Shown: positions 51,293-60,285 of the stretch, one piece after another | Position numbering within the stretch: the first letter of the stretch is position 1 | Layout: each line of letters begins with the position of its first letter | Assembly (NCBI GenBank): GCA_946185585.1 | Contig: CAMHJP010000001.1 | Location: 15,646-79,645 of the forward strand | From: an uncultured Bacillales bacterium | GTDB taxonomy: Bacteria > Bacillota_I > Bacilli_A > RFN20 > CAG-826 | Direction: 5' to 3' | DNA: 64,000 nt | The notes under the pieces: model-generated | What the model was told of the DNA's origin: nothing | The model's database searches: none | Seen by the model: the letters and a program-made list of their open reading frames with translations, nothing else | Program-made: the position numbers and the translations under genes

Positions 51293-51802
51293 TTATTGCA
51301 AAACCTTAATATTTTTCTTTTTACGTTCAGAAACGAAAAGACACAAAAATATAATGAGTGCTCCAAGCAAAAATCCACCCGAGTCAATGAGAATATCAAT
51401 GCCTGAAAAAGCACGTCCGTTTGTGGTGAGTTGGGCGAGTTCAGAAAGTGTCGCCATCACTACTCCAAAACCAAAGGAAAAAGCAAGAATGAAATACGAT
51501 TTTCCAAGTTTTGGATGTTTGATCAAATTGTGAATGGCAAATGTTGATGTAAGTCCACTAGTTGTAAATAGAAGGAAGTGTCCGAATAGTTTTCTATTAA
51601 AACCAGCAAAAGCAGGAAAGTTCTCTTTGGTGATGGTGTCTTGTGCGACTGAATTAATAACATCTGCTGCAGCTTTAGAAAATCCATCAGATTCTTTAGT
51701 GGAAACTTCTCCGTTTAAAAATCCATTTACCAAAATGAAAATATTGATTGCAATTGCTAATCCAAAAATAACCCAGTTAAAAATAATTCTTTTTTTGCTC
51801 AT
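51293..51802 (-). CDS. VanZ-family membrane protein
   Basis: 169 aa with 4 TM helices and a VanZ-like pattern. Confidence 0.45.
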   Translation of the reverse strand: MSKKRIIFNWVIFGLAIAINIFILVNGFLNGEVSTKESDGFSKAAADVINSVAQDTITKENFPAFAGFNRKLFGHFLLFTTSGLTSTFAIHNLIKHPKLGKSYFILAFSFGFGVVMATLSELAQLTTNGRAFSGIDILIDSGGFLLGALIIFLCLFVSERKKKNIKVLQ

Positions 51803-52836
51803 TAGCGAACTTTTTGACTAAAGAAGCGACCGTAAACTTGAATCAATGATTTAACAGTTACAAAGCTAGTTGGATCAACTTCTTTAATAAGTTTTAAAGC
51901 ACTCTTCACTTCTAGTGAAGAAACAACTAAATAAAGTAATAAACGATCTTGTCCGGAATACGCACCTTTAGCTTTCACAACAGTTAAACCATGTGGAATT
52001 CGAGCAAGTAATAAACGTGGTAATTCTTGATTGGTTGTATTGACTTCGATTTGAACTTTTTTATTTCGAACGTTAATCGCATCAACGACAAGCATAACAG
52101 TGAATAAGTAAACAACAGAGAAGAAGACACAAGCAAAAGCTGTGGCCCATGTTGAATAACCGGCAAATCCAGATGAAGTTCCACCGCCAAATCCATAGAT
52201 GAGATAGAACATTGTAATAATCACTGCGTTAATCATGACGCTATATTTACCAGCAGTTGTTGATTTTCTTAAAGAAACATAATAACTAACAATGTCGAAT
52301 CCGCCTGCGCTTGTTTCAAACTTGTAGGCGATTGCACTACTTAAGCCAGTACACATACCAGCAAATAAAGCACGAGCGAGGAATCCACCTTCTGTATTCA
52401 TTAGTGTGGCAATTTCTTGGAAGAATTGACCTTTAAAAATGTTTGAGAACAAGAAGACAAATAAAACATTTATTAAAGTAAACGAAGCAAATCGAACGCC
52501 AACTCCTTTAAAAGCCAAAACAATTAAAGGAGCATTAACAGCAAGATAAGCAATTGAGAAGAATAATGTATTACCTGGTTCAATTTTTACACCAAGCACA
52601 CGTAACAATGATGCGATAACCTGCGCAAGACCAGATGAACCACCAGAAACAAGTTCGAGCGTTGTATGTCCTTCAGTTAATGTTGGGTTTAAAAAGCAAA
52701 CGATTCCGAAGGCAAAAATTGCTGCTGAAAGGACAGAAGCAATAAAAGCTGTTCCATAATCAACAGTAAATTTTAACCATAAATGGTTATATAAATAGGA
52801 ATGGTAACGTTCATTTAAGCTATGTTTCTGTTTCAT
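51802..52836 (-). CDS. YitT-family membrane protein (DUF161 + DUF2179)
   Basis: 344 aa polytopic N-terminal part plus a C-terminal soluble domain with GLTVVKAKGAYSGQDR...VVSSLEV. Confidence 0.75.
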   Translation of the reverse strand: MKQKHSLNERYHSYLYNHLWLKFTVDYGTAFIASVLSAAIFAFGIVCFLNPTLTEGHTTLELVSGGSSGLAQVIASLLRVLGVKIEPGNTLFFSIAYLAVNAPLIVLAFKGVGVRFASFTLINVLFVFLFSNIFKGQFFQEIATLMNTEGGFLARALFAGMCTGLSSAIAYKFETSAGGFDIVSYYVSLRKSTTAGKYSVMINAVIITMFYLIYGFGGGTSSGFAGYSTWATAFACVFFSVVYLFTVMLVVDAINVRNKKVQIEVNTTNQELPRLLLARIPHGLTVVKAKGAYSGQDRLLLYLVVSSLEVKSALKLIKEVDPTSFVTVKSLIQVYGRFFSQKVR

Positions 52837-52988
52837 AATCTTTACCGCAACTATTGTATGATACCTTAGGAAAAAAGCATAGCAAAATCAGTAAAAATAA
52901 GACATAAGTGTCTTTGACAAAAATGAATGTTGCAACTATATTTATATAGTGTTAAAATACACTCACCGCGTTTAGGGGGTTATCAAAT

Positions 52989-53792
52989 ATGATCGTATTA
53001 AGAGCAATTGGAGCATTCTTCGCCAAGATTTGGCGTTGGATTCGCGAAACAGCATGGGTTCAACCATTATTAATCGTTGGATTAATTTTCGGTATTATGT
53101 TCTCCATCAAACCTATTTATAATGCGATTAAAGATGCTCAAGCAAAATCCTCCTCTGCCGAAACCTATTACCGTCAATTCCAAGTTTCATTAGCTAATGG
53201 AGAGGACAGCCAAGCCTCTAAACTTACTGACCAAATCTATCAATCTATTGAAGCCCAAGAAAACAAAATCGATTCTAGCTACGGCTTAGGCAACAAATTC
53301 TTCCTAATGTTTGTTGCTGAAGACTGCGATAAATGTAACTCTGCCAAAGGTGGATTTGAATACTTCCAAGAGAACTTTAGTTCAATCTACTCCAAGGATA
53401 ATGAAGAACCATTCCATTTAGTCACCATCTTTACAGATGAAGTGATGAGTGATGGTTCTGACTCAGAACAAACAGCCTTTATTTCCTATCTTGAAGATCA
53501 CGTTGACTTCTTCGAAACAGTTGGCGGATCAATCTGGGATAGTCCATATCACATTAATGGTGGAATCTCTGATTCCGATATCGAAGCGATTCAAGAAGCT
53601 GATCCTGATAACTTCCTGACCCCAACAATTATGCTTGTTGACTTCTCCGCTAGCTGCCCAGATGCAACTAAGGGTGTCACCGATGTCTTCGTTGGTGTTG
53701 AAGAAGTTGGTACCAGCGGAAATGCTGATGCGAACAAAGCTGAATTTATCTATGACGCTTGGACACATCAAGGCAAATTCGAAAGAGTTTAA
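52989..53792 (+). CDS. Membrane-anchored acidic hypothetical protein with CxxC
   Basis: 267 aa with one N-terminal TM helix. A CDKC motif sits in an otherwise acidic extracytoplasmic domain. Confidence 0.5.
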   Translation: MIVLRAIGAFFAKIWRWIRETAWVQPLLIVGLIFGIMFSIKPIYNAIKDAQAKSSSAETYYRQFQVSLANGEDSQASKLTDQIYQSIEAQENKIDSSYGLGNKFFLMFVAEDCDKCNSAKGGFEYFQENFSSIYSKDNEEPFHLVTIFTDEVMSDGSDSEQTAFISYLEDHVDFFETVGGSIWDSPYHINGGISDSDIEAIQEADPDNFLTPTIMLVDFSASCPDATKGVTDVFVGVEEVGTSGNADANKAEFIYDAWTHQGKFERV

Positions 53793-53806
53793 TTATTTAT
53801 AATTAA

Positions 53807-53840
53807 GAAAAAAGTAAGCCGTCGGGCTTACTTTTTTTGT
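53807..53840. terminator. Bidirectional terminator whose stem contains the coaD stop codon
   Basis: aaaaaGTAAGCCgtcgGGCTTACttttttt. Confidence 0.7.
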
Positions 53841-54304
53841 TCGTACATTTTCACAACTGATTCAGGAACCAGTGAACTAATGTCAACTCCACTACTATAT
53901 AAAGAATCAATATAACTAGAAGAGATGAAGTTATGACCAATGGTCGACATAAAGTAAACTGTGTCAATGTCGTGATCGATGTATTCGTTTGCGGCATTTA
54001 AGGTGAATTCATATTCGAAGTCACTAACAGCGCGTAATCCACGAATCAAGAACTTTGCGCCATGTTCTTTAGCGTATTTCACGGTTAATCCTTTGGTGGA
54101 ATCGACTTTGACGTTATCCATTTTTGAAACTGCGCCTTTTATCATCTCTAATCTTTCGTTAACCGAGAAACGACAATGTTTATTGGAGTTATCGGCGATT
54201 AAGACAATAATCTCATCAAAGGCTTTGGAAGCTCTTTTTAAGATATCAAGATGTCCATTGGTAATTGGGTCAAATGAACCTGGATAAATAGCAATTCTTT
54301 TCAT
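53828..54304 (-). CDS. coaD: Phosphopantetheine adenylyltransferase
   Basis: 158 aa beginning MKRIAIYPGSFDPITNGHLDI. Confidence 0.95.
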   Translation of the reverse strand: MKRIAIYPGSFDPITNGHLDILKRASKAFDEIIVLIADNSNKHCRFSVNERLEMIKGAVSKMDNVKVDSTKGLTVKYAKEHGAKFLIRGLRAVSDFEYEFTLNAANEYIDHDIDTVYFMSTIGHNFISSSYIDSLYSSGVDISSLVPESVVKMYEQKK

Positions 54305-54305
54305 A

Positions 54306-54836
54306 TTAATTCCTCAATATATACACGTGAGCAAGGCCATAACTGTAATGGCGGATATCAACGTAATTTCCATTAAAAGAGATTTCGTGTTCACTTTCAA
54401 CAATAATCGCTCCACAACTCTTTAATAGTTGTCTTTTTTCAATCACTTCAATGACTTTTTCAATGATGTCTAGTTTATATGGTGGATCCATGAAAATAAG
54501 ATCAAATTGTTTATTTGTTTCATTTAAATATGAAAGAGCATCACTAAGAACGAACTCATAGTTTGTTTCTTTTAAAGTATTAGCGTTACTAATAACAGCA
54601 TCTTTAGAAAACTTTGTTTGATCAACAAAAGTGACAAAGTTTGCTCCACGAGAAATGGCTTCAAAACCATAAGATCCCGATCCAGCAAATAAATCGAGAA
54701 CTTCTTTTCCTTCTAAATGATTACTTAGCGCGTTAAACACACCAGCGCGTACTTTATCCATCGTTGGTTTAGTTAAAGTAGTCTCTGGAGTAACTAGTTT
54801 TCTTGAACGATGTTTTCCCCCAGTGATACGAATCAT
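54306..54836 (-). CDS. rsmD: 16S rRNA m2G966 methyltransferase RsmD
   Basis: 176 aa with LDLFAGSGSYGFEA and DPPY. Confidence 0.9.
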   Translation of the reverse strand: MIRITGGKHRSRKLVTPETTLTKPTMDKVRAGVFNALSNHLEGKEVLDLFAGSGSYGFEAISRGANFVTFVDQTKFSKDAVISNANTLKETNYEFVLSDALSYLNETNKQFDLIFMDPPYKLDIIEKVIEVIEKRQLLKSCGAIIVESEHEISFNGNYVDIRHYSYGLAHVYILRN

Positions 54837-55201
54837 TTCTCTTCTTCCTTCATATTAAAATCATCGAAGAGTTTTTCATTCACTTTTCGATCCATTTCAC
54901 GGACTTTTTGCAAAGCTAAATAATACTCTTTTACGAGAGGATGATTATCGAGATTTAATTTACATTTAGCCAAATTTTGCTGGGCTTTTTTGAATTCTGC
55001 ACTATTTTTTCCATAGTGGTTTAAAGCATCCTCATATTCGACAATTGCCATCTCTTTTTGATAAGCAAGTTTCATCACTTCTTCATTGTTGTTTAGCTTT
55101 TCATCCATCTCTTTTAGAGCAAGAAAACGTGGATCAGACTTCATTTGATCACGTAATTTATAGACTTCTTCATAAAGAGAGTTGTTCATGTTAATAATCA
55201 T
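54833..55201 (-). CDS. YlbF/YmcA-like helical protein (UPF0342-like)
   Basis: 122 aa, helical and charged. Position upstream of rsmD-coaD matches B. subtilis ylbF. It lacks the C-terminal Cys cluster of YlbF. Confidence 0.4.
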   Translation of the reverse strand: MIINMNNSLYEEVYKLRDQMKSDPRFLALKEMDEKLNNNEEVMKLAYQKEMAIVEYEDALNHYGKNSAEFKKAQQNLAKCKLNLDNHPLVKEYYLALQKVREMDRKVNEKLFDDFNMKEEEK

Positions 55202-55235
55202 ACCATTTTTGTATCAATAGTGATACAATAATCGC

Positions 55236-55796
55236 ATGTCGAAAGTATTCAAAATTGTTAAAGACAAAATTCCATCTCTTAGAGAAAAATGCGTCCCTGT
55301 GGAAAATCCAAATGATCCAGCAATTCTTGGATTAATTGATGAAATGCATGATTATTTAGTGCTTTCTCAAGATGAGGAATATGCCAAAAAACACAACATT
55401 CGTGAAGGTGTTGGTTTGGCTGCGCCACAAATTGGACATAACATTAGAATGCTTGTCGTTTATTACAAAGATTATGTCGATGATAAGGAAGTCACAGTTG
55501 ACCACCGCTTAATCAATCCAAAGATTGTTTCTGAGTCAGTTAAAAAAGCCGCACTTAGCGCAGGCGAAGGTTGTCTATCTGTTGATGATTCTCATCCAGG
55601 ATACGTCTATCGACCATACAAAATCATTGTTAAAGCGTTTGACGCTAAGCAAAAGAAAGAAGTTTTCATTACCGCTCGAGGATACGAGGCCATTGTTCTT
55701 CAACACGAACTTGACCACTTAGATGGTGTGCTTTTCTATGATCACATCTCTAAAAAAGATCCGTTTGAACGAATCGAAAATTCTGAACTCATTTAA
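55236..55796 (+). CDS. def: Peptide deformylase
   Basis: 186 aa with GLAAPQIG, EGCLS and HELDHLDG. Confidence 0.95.
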   Translation: MSKVFKIVKDKIPSLREKCVPVENPNDPAILGLIDEMHDYLVLSQDEEYAKKHNIREGVGLAAPQIGHNIRMLVVYYKDYVDDKEVTVDHRLINPKIVSESVKKAALSAGEGCLSVDDSHPGYVYRPYKIIVKAFDAKQKKEVFITARGYEAIVLQHELDHLDGVLFYDHISKKDPFERIENSELI

Positions 55797-55906
55797 TCTA
55801 ACTTGTATTTTCTTATAGAAATACAGTAAAATATTATCAATAACTTAATTCAACGAAGATAATTCGTCTATCGCTTTTTACCCAAATTTTATAGTTAGGA
55901 GGTTAT

Positions 55907-57571
55907 ATGGATACAACTAAAGGGCCAATTTCTATTTATGCCTTAGGTGGTCTTTGTGAAGTCGGCAAAAATACGTATTGTATTGAATCCGATGAATCTT
56001 TGATTGTCATTGATGCTGGTATTATGTTTCCAGATGAGAACCACCCAGGTGTTTCCTATGTTATTCCTGATTACCAAAAAATTAGATCTGCTCGTCAAAA
56101 GCTTAAAGCTTTAATTATTACTCACGGACACGAAGACCATATTGGAGCGATTCCATTCCTTGTTCAAAGTGTACATGTGCCAGTCATTTATGCCCCAAAG
56201 CTTGCAGCAGCTTTAATTAAACATAAACTACAAGACCACCGTATTCGCGAAGAAATCAAAATTGTCGAATACGATGAAAACACTGTTTTAAACATTGGAG
56301 AATTTACTGTCTCCTTCTTCTATGTCACTCACTCCATTCCAGACGCCTATGGCGTCGTTGTCGATACTCCTCATGGTCGTATCGTTCATACTGGAGACTT
56401 TAAAATTGACTTATCACCAGTTGGCAAGCAATTTGAACTCGCCAAACTTTCCCGTATTGGTTCAGAAGGTGTTGATCTTTTGTTAAGCGACTCCACTAAT
56501 GCTGAAATTGAAGGTTATACTCCAAGCGAATCGAATGTTTTACATTCTATTAATGAGATTTTCGATTCTGCTCATGGACGTGTCATTGTTTCCACCTTCT
56601 CTTCGAATATTTCCCGTATTCAACAAATCTGCCAAGTTGCTGTAGAACATAATCGAAAAATCCTCATTCTTGGACGATCGATGGAATTCGCCGTACAAGT
56701 CGCTCGAGATTATGGTTATATCAAAGTGAAAGATACTTCTTTCATTACTCCTGAACAACTATCCGAATTAAAGAAAAACGAAATCTGTATTCTTTGTACT
56801 GGTTCACAGGGTGAAGATATGGCGGCTCTTTCTAGAATTGCCAATGGAACACATAAAGATGTGACACTTTATCCAGGTGATACAGTTGTCTTCTCGTCAA
56901 GTGCGATTCCAGGTAATGGTGTCTTTATTGATACTGTGATTAATATGCTTGTTCGTAAGGGAGCAAATGTTCTGAAGAACTCGGTTCTTTACGCTGTTCA
57001 CTCCTCTGGACACCCATCCAAACAAGAACTTCGTTTAATGATTCGTTTAACTAGACCGAAATACTTTATGCCAATCCATGGTGATTACCGTATGTTAAAA
57101 ATCCATGCTGATTTAGCCACAACTGTTGGTGTTGAAAAAGGTAACACTTTTGTTATGGAAAATGGCGATTCTCTTTTACTTAGTAAACATAAGATTACTC
57201 AAGGTCCACATTTCCCAGCTGAACCAATCTATATTGATGGACGTGATATTAACGGATTAAATGAAGCGGTTATTAAAGACCGTGAAATCTTACAAGAAGA
57301 TGGATTAATCGCGGTTGTTGTCGCGATTAACTCCGCGAAATCTAAACTAGTTGGTGATCCACAAATTATTACTCGTGGATTTATGTCAAATAGTCCAGAA
57401 ATGAACCAAAATATTGCGGAAATTGTCACATCTTCTTTAAGTAAGAAACTTTCGGAAAAAGTGACTTTTGCCGATATTAAAAATGAAATTCGTCATTGTG
57501 TTGCTAACTACGTCTATTTTAAAAGTGAAAGGAAACCACTAATTATCCCAGTGGTTATGGATTTAAAATAA
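55907..57571 (+). CDS. rnj: Ribonuclease J
   Basis: 554 aa metallo-beta-lactamase/beta-CASP protein with HGHEDHIGA. Confidence 0.95.
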   Translation: MDTTKGPISIYALGGLCEVGKNTYCIESDESLIVIDAGIMFPDENHPGVSYVIPDYQKIRSARQKLKALIITHGHEDHIGAIPFLVQSVHVPVIYAPKLAAALIKHKLQDHRIREEIKIVEYDENTVLNIGEFTVSFFYVTHSIPDAYGVVVDTPHGRIVHTGDFKIDLSPVGKQFELAKLSRIGSEGVDLLLSDSTNAEIEGYTPSESNVLHSINEIFDSAHGRVIVSTFSSNISRIQQICQVAVEHNRKILILGRSMEFAVQVARDYGYIKVKDTSFITPEQLSELKKNEICILCTGSQGEDMAALSRIANGTHKDVTLYPGDTVVFSSSAIPGNGVFIDTVINMLVRKGANVLKNSVLYAVHSSGHPSKQELRLMIRLTRPKYFMPIHGDYRMLKIHADLATTVGVEKGNTFVMENGDSLLLSKHKITQGPHFPAEPIYIDGRDINGLNEAVIKDREILQEDGLIAVVVAINSAKSKLVGDPQIITRGFMSNSPEMNQNIAEIVTSSLSKKLSEKVTFADIKNEIRHCVANYVYFKSERKPLIIPVVMDLK

Positions 57572-58143
57572 TGCTTATTCTTGCTAGTGAATCTCCACGA
57601 AGAAGACAGCTCATTAAAAAGATCGTCAAAGAGTTTACTGTTATTCCGGCAAACATTGATGAATCCTCTCTTCATATTGCTGCGCATGACCTTCCAGGAG
57701 AATTAAGTAAGCTAAAAGCTTACGATGTCTATTCTAAGTATCCAAATGATGAAGTTTTAGCTTGTGACACAGTTGTTATTCTTCATGGAGAACTAATGGG
57801 TAAACCGAAATCCAAAGAAGATGCAAAAAGAATGCTTAAAGAACTAAGTGGAGAAAAGCATGTTGTTATCTCTGGCTACACTTATATCTCTAAAGAAAAA
57901 GAAGTGACTCGTACTGTCCGTACATACGTCTACTTCAATAAACTTAGTGATGAATTAATTGATAAATATATCGCTAGCGGATCTCCAATGGATAAGGCTG
58001 GTGCCTATGGCATTCAAGACCAGGAATTTGATCTTGTCAGTCACATTGAAGGAAGTTTTGATAACGTGATTGGTCTTCCTGTTGAAGACATTAAAGCTCA
58101 CGTCTTTAACCTAAATAAGCAAGAAGTCCCCCACATCAACTAA
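57571..58143 (+). CDS. maf: Maf-family nucleoside triphosphate pyrophosphatase
   Basis: 190 aa beginning MLILASESPRRRQLI. The last 5-11 codons overlap the IS left-end hairpin region. Confidence 0.9.
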   Translation: MLILASESPRRRQLIKKIVKEFTVIPANIDESSLHIAAHDLPGELSKLKAYDVYSKYPNDEVLACDTVVILHGELMGKPKSKEDAKRMLKELSGEKHVVISGYTYISKEKEVTRTVRTYVYFNKLSDELIDKYIASGSPMDKAGAYGIQDQEFDLVSHIEGSFDNVIGLPVEDIKAHVFNLNKQEVPHIN

Positions 58144-58268
58144 TTAATTATTGATGGTTACCTCTATAGGTGGGGGATGAATTGCAAAAAAATATATTCA
58201 GTCGTTGTCGACGAAAAATAATGAATATTAGTCTTTTATATAATTATAAATAATGATATAATATAACT

Positions 58269-58664
58269 GTGGAATTGAGAGGTAATAACCATTCAGTGTT
58301 CAGCATTCATTTTCACCTTATTTTGGTAGTTAAATATCGTAAAAAGGTGATTGATGAAAGAATATCTGAAAGGCTAAAAGAGATCTTTGAATATATCCAA
58401 GATAATTACAATATTGCCTTGGAAGAATGGAATCATGATATTGATCATGTTCATGTTCTGTTTCGAAGTGAACCAAATTCTAATGTTTCTAAATTCATCA
58501 ATGCTTATAAATCTGCCTCTTCAAGGCTGATTAAAAAAGAATATCCTTCGATTAGATCTAGATTATATAAAGAAGCATTTTGGTCTCAATCATTCTGCTT
58601 GATCTCAACAGGTGGAGCAAATATTGAAACGATTAAAAAATATATCGAATCACAAGGGGAATAA
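58269..58664 (+). CDS. tnpA: IS200/IS605-family Y1 (HuH) transposase TnpA
   Basis: 131 aa with HFHLILVVKYRKK, HuH motif HVHVLF, and catalytic Tyr region INAYKSASS. It starts with GTG, or at an internal GTG at 58296 after a GAGAGG RBS. Confidence 0.8.
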   Translation: MELRGNNHSVFSIHFHLILVVKYRKKVIDERISERLKEIFEYIQDNYNIALEEWNHDIDHVHVLFRSEPNSNVSKFINAYKSASSRLIKKEYPSIRSRLYKEAFWSQSFCLISTGGANIETIKKYIESQGE

Positions 58665-58694
58665 TAATTACTGTTCTCCTTAAGAAAGGGGAAT

Positions 58695-59852
58695 ATGATA
58701 AGAAAAGCCTATAAATATCGTATCTATCCTAACAAATTACAAAGGGAATACTTTGCTAAGGTTTTTGGATGTGTGAGGTTTTTCTATAACAAATCCCTTT
58801 CTGATATGAATGAGTTATATAAAAGTAAGGGAATATTTAAAAACATCACTCCTGCTTCATATAAGGAAGATTACCAATTTTTAAAAGAAGTTGATTCTTT
58901 GGCATTATGTAATGCTCAATTAAATAGGAATACGGCTTTTAAATCATTCTTTAAAAAACAGAATGCTTTTCCAAATTATAAAAGCAAAAGAAATGATCAA
59001 AGCTATACTACGAACAATCAAGGAAGTGTGAAATTCTCTATTAATGATAGATATATCTCTATTCCTAAATGTTCAAGAATTAGAATAAAGAAACATAGAG
59101 ACTTTTATGGTGAAATCAAATCTGTAACTGTTAGCAAAACCACGGATGGGAAGTATTACATTTCCTTACACGTTGAAGAAGAAACTCAACCTATTAACCT
59201 TATGGATAACGCAATCGGTTTAGATTTAGGCATTAAGGATTTGATTGTTGATTCTAATGGGAACAAATATAAAAATCATAAATATCTAAGTAAATCGCTT
59301 AATAAATTGGCTAAAGAACAAAGAAAACTATCCCATATGGAAAAGGATAGTAGTAATAGAAATAAGCAGAGAATTAAAGTTGCAAGAATTCATCGTTACA
59401 TCAATAACCAAAGAAACGATTATCTCCACAAACTTTCAAAGAAGATCATTGATGAAAACCAAATCATTTGTATCGAAGATTTGAAAGTAAAGAACATGGA
59501 ACAAGACCATAAATTAGCTAGAAGTATCGTGGATGCTTCCTGGTCAAGATTTGTTTCTATGCTCATTTATAAGGCTAGTTGGTATGGGAATATGATTATT
59601 AAAGTTCCAACTAATTACGCTTCTAGTCAATTATGTTCTTTATGTGGATATCAAAATAAAGAAGTGAAAAATCTCAAAATAAGAAAATGGACTTGTCCAG
59701 AATGTGGTTCGGTCCATGATAGAGATACTAACGCCGCAAAAAATATTCTAAGTAAGGGAATTGAAATGCTTACAAAGGATGGGACACATCCGGATAGCTT
59801 GTTTATGCTTGGCTCATTAGAGTCATCGAGCAAGAAGCCCCCACTTCTTTAA
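58695..59852 (+). CDS. tnpB: TnpB (IS605 OrfB), RNA-guided RuvC-like endonuclease
   Basis: 385 aa. RuvC-I (IGLDLGIKD), RuvC-II (ICIEDLKV) and RuvC-III (DRDTNAAKNI) are all present. Zinc finger CSLCG...CPECG. Confidence 0.85.
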   Translation: MIRKAYKYRIYPNKLQREYFAKVFGCVRFFYNKSLSDMNELYKSKGIFKNITPASYKEDYQFLKEVDSLALCNAQLNRNTAFKSFFKKQNAFPNYKSKRNDQSYTTNNQGSVKFSINDRYISIPKCSRIRIKKHRDFYGEIKSVTVSKTTDGKYYISLHVEEETQPINLMDNAIGLDLGIKDLIVDSNGNKYKNHKYLSKSLNKLAKEQRKLSHMEKDSSNRNKQRIKVARIHRYINNQRNDYLHKLSKKIIDENQIICIEDLKVKNMEQDHKLARSIVDASWSRFVSMLIYKASWYGNMIIKVPTNYASSQLCSLCGYQNKEVKNLKIRKWTCPECGSVHDRDTNAAKNILSKGIEMLTKDGTHPDSLFMLGSLESSSKKPPLL

Positions 59853-59870
59853 GTGGTGGGAGTATGTCAC
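59829..59870 (+). ncRNA. IS right-end hairpin / candidate omega-RNA (reRNA) scaffold 3' region
   Basis: CCC-CCACTT-cttt-AAGTGG-TGGG hairpin overlaps the tnpB stop. TnpB guide RNAs derive from the tnpB 3' end plus RE. Confidence 0.4.
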
Positions 59871-59877
59871 CAAATAA

Positions 59878-60285
59878 TTAGAATAAGCTTTTATAGAAGC
59901 TTGAAGCATCACCCTTCACCACAAGAGTGATTTTATTTGTCATTTTAACAATGGAAGACACTCCCATTTCTTTTAAGGCTTTATCATCAACAAGGTCATA
60001 ATTGTTTAAAACAAGAATGACTCTGGAACCATTCAAAGAATGGTCAAGAATATTTTCGGCTCCACCAAGAGCTTTTAAAGCTTCTTCGTTTTGGATGACT
60101 TTTCTTTCTGGAGCCTTAATGATTGGTCCTTGCTTCTTACCTTTAAAATAGGTGTATAAGAATAGGCCTAAGACAGTTAGAAAGACTGCTCCAGCTAAAC
60201 CAATGGCAATATAAAGTCCATAGTTTCCAAGCCATTCATTAAATGAATTTTTTGATGCGTCACCGTAAATTATTAAGTTTTCCAT
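59878..60285 (-). CDS. Membrane-anchored PTS EIIB(Glc)-like domain protein lacking the phosphorylatable Cys
   Basis: 135 aa with one TM helix. LGGAENILDHSLNGSRVILVL aligns to the EIIB-Glc FGGKENI...DACITRLR motif. The catalytic Cys is replaced by Asn (C to N), and two further motif residues differ (TR to GS in TRLR). Confidence 0.5.
   Translation of the reverse strand: MENLIIYGDASKNSFNEWLGNYGLYIAIGLAGAVFLTVLGLFLYTYFKGKKQGPIIKAPERKVIQNEEALKALGGAENILDHSLNGSRVILVLNNYDLVDDKALKEMGVSSIVKMTNKITLVVKGDASSFYKSLF

Larger units (their letters stand above)
58109..59870 (+). mobile_element. IS200/IS605-family insertion sequence (IS608-like organisation tnpA then tnpB); boundaries approximate
   Basis: HuH Y1 transposase gene and tnpB lie in the same orientation. 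Homologous subterminal sequences AGCAAGAAG(T)CCCCCAC...GTGG(G/T)GGG occur at both ends, 58118-58177 and 59829-59860. Confidence 0.7.

Noticed and set aside
58201-58216. GTCGTTGTCGACGA near-palindrome in the IS left end as the TnpA recognition hairpin
   Set aside because: It forms only a 3-bp stem as a hairpin. The CCCCCAC/GTGGGGG pair that matches the right-end hairpin sequence is a much better candidate.
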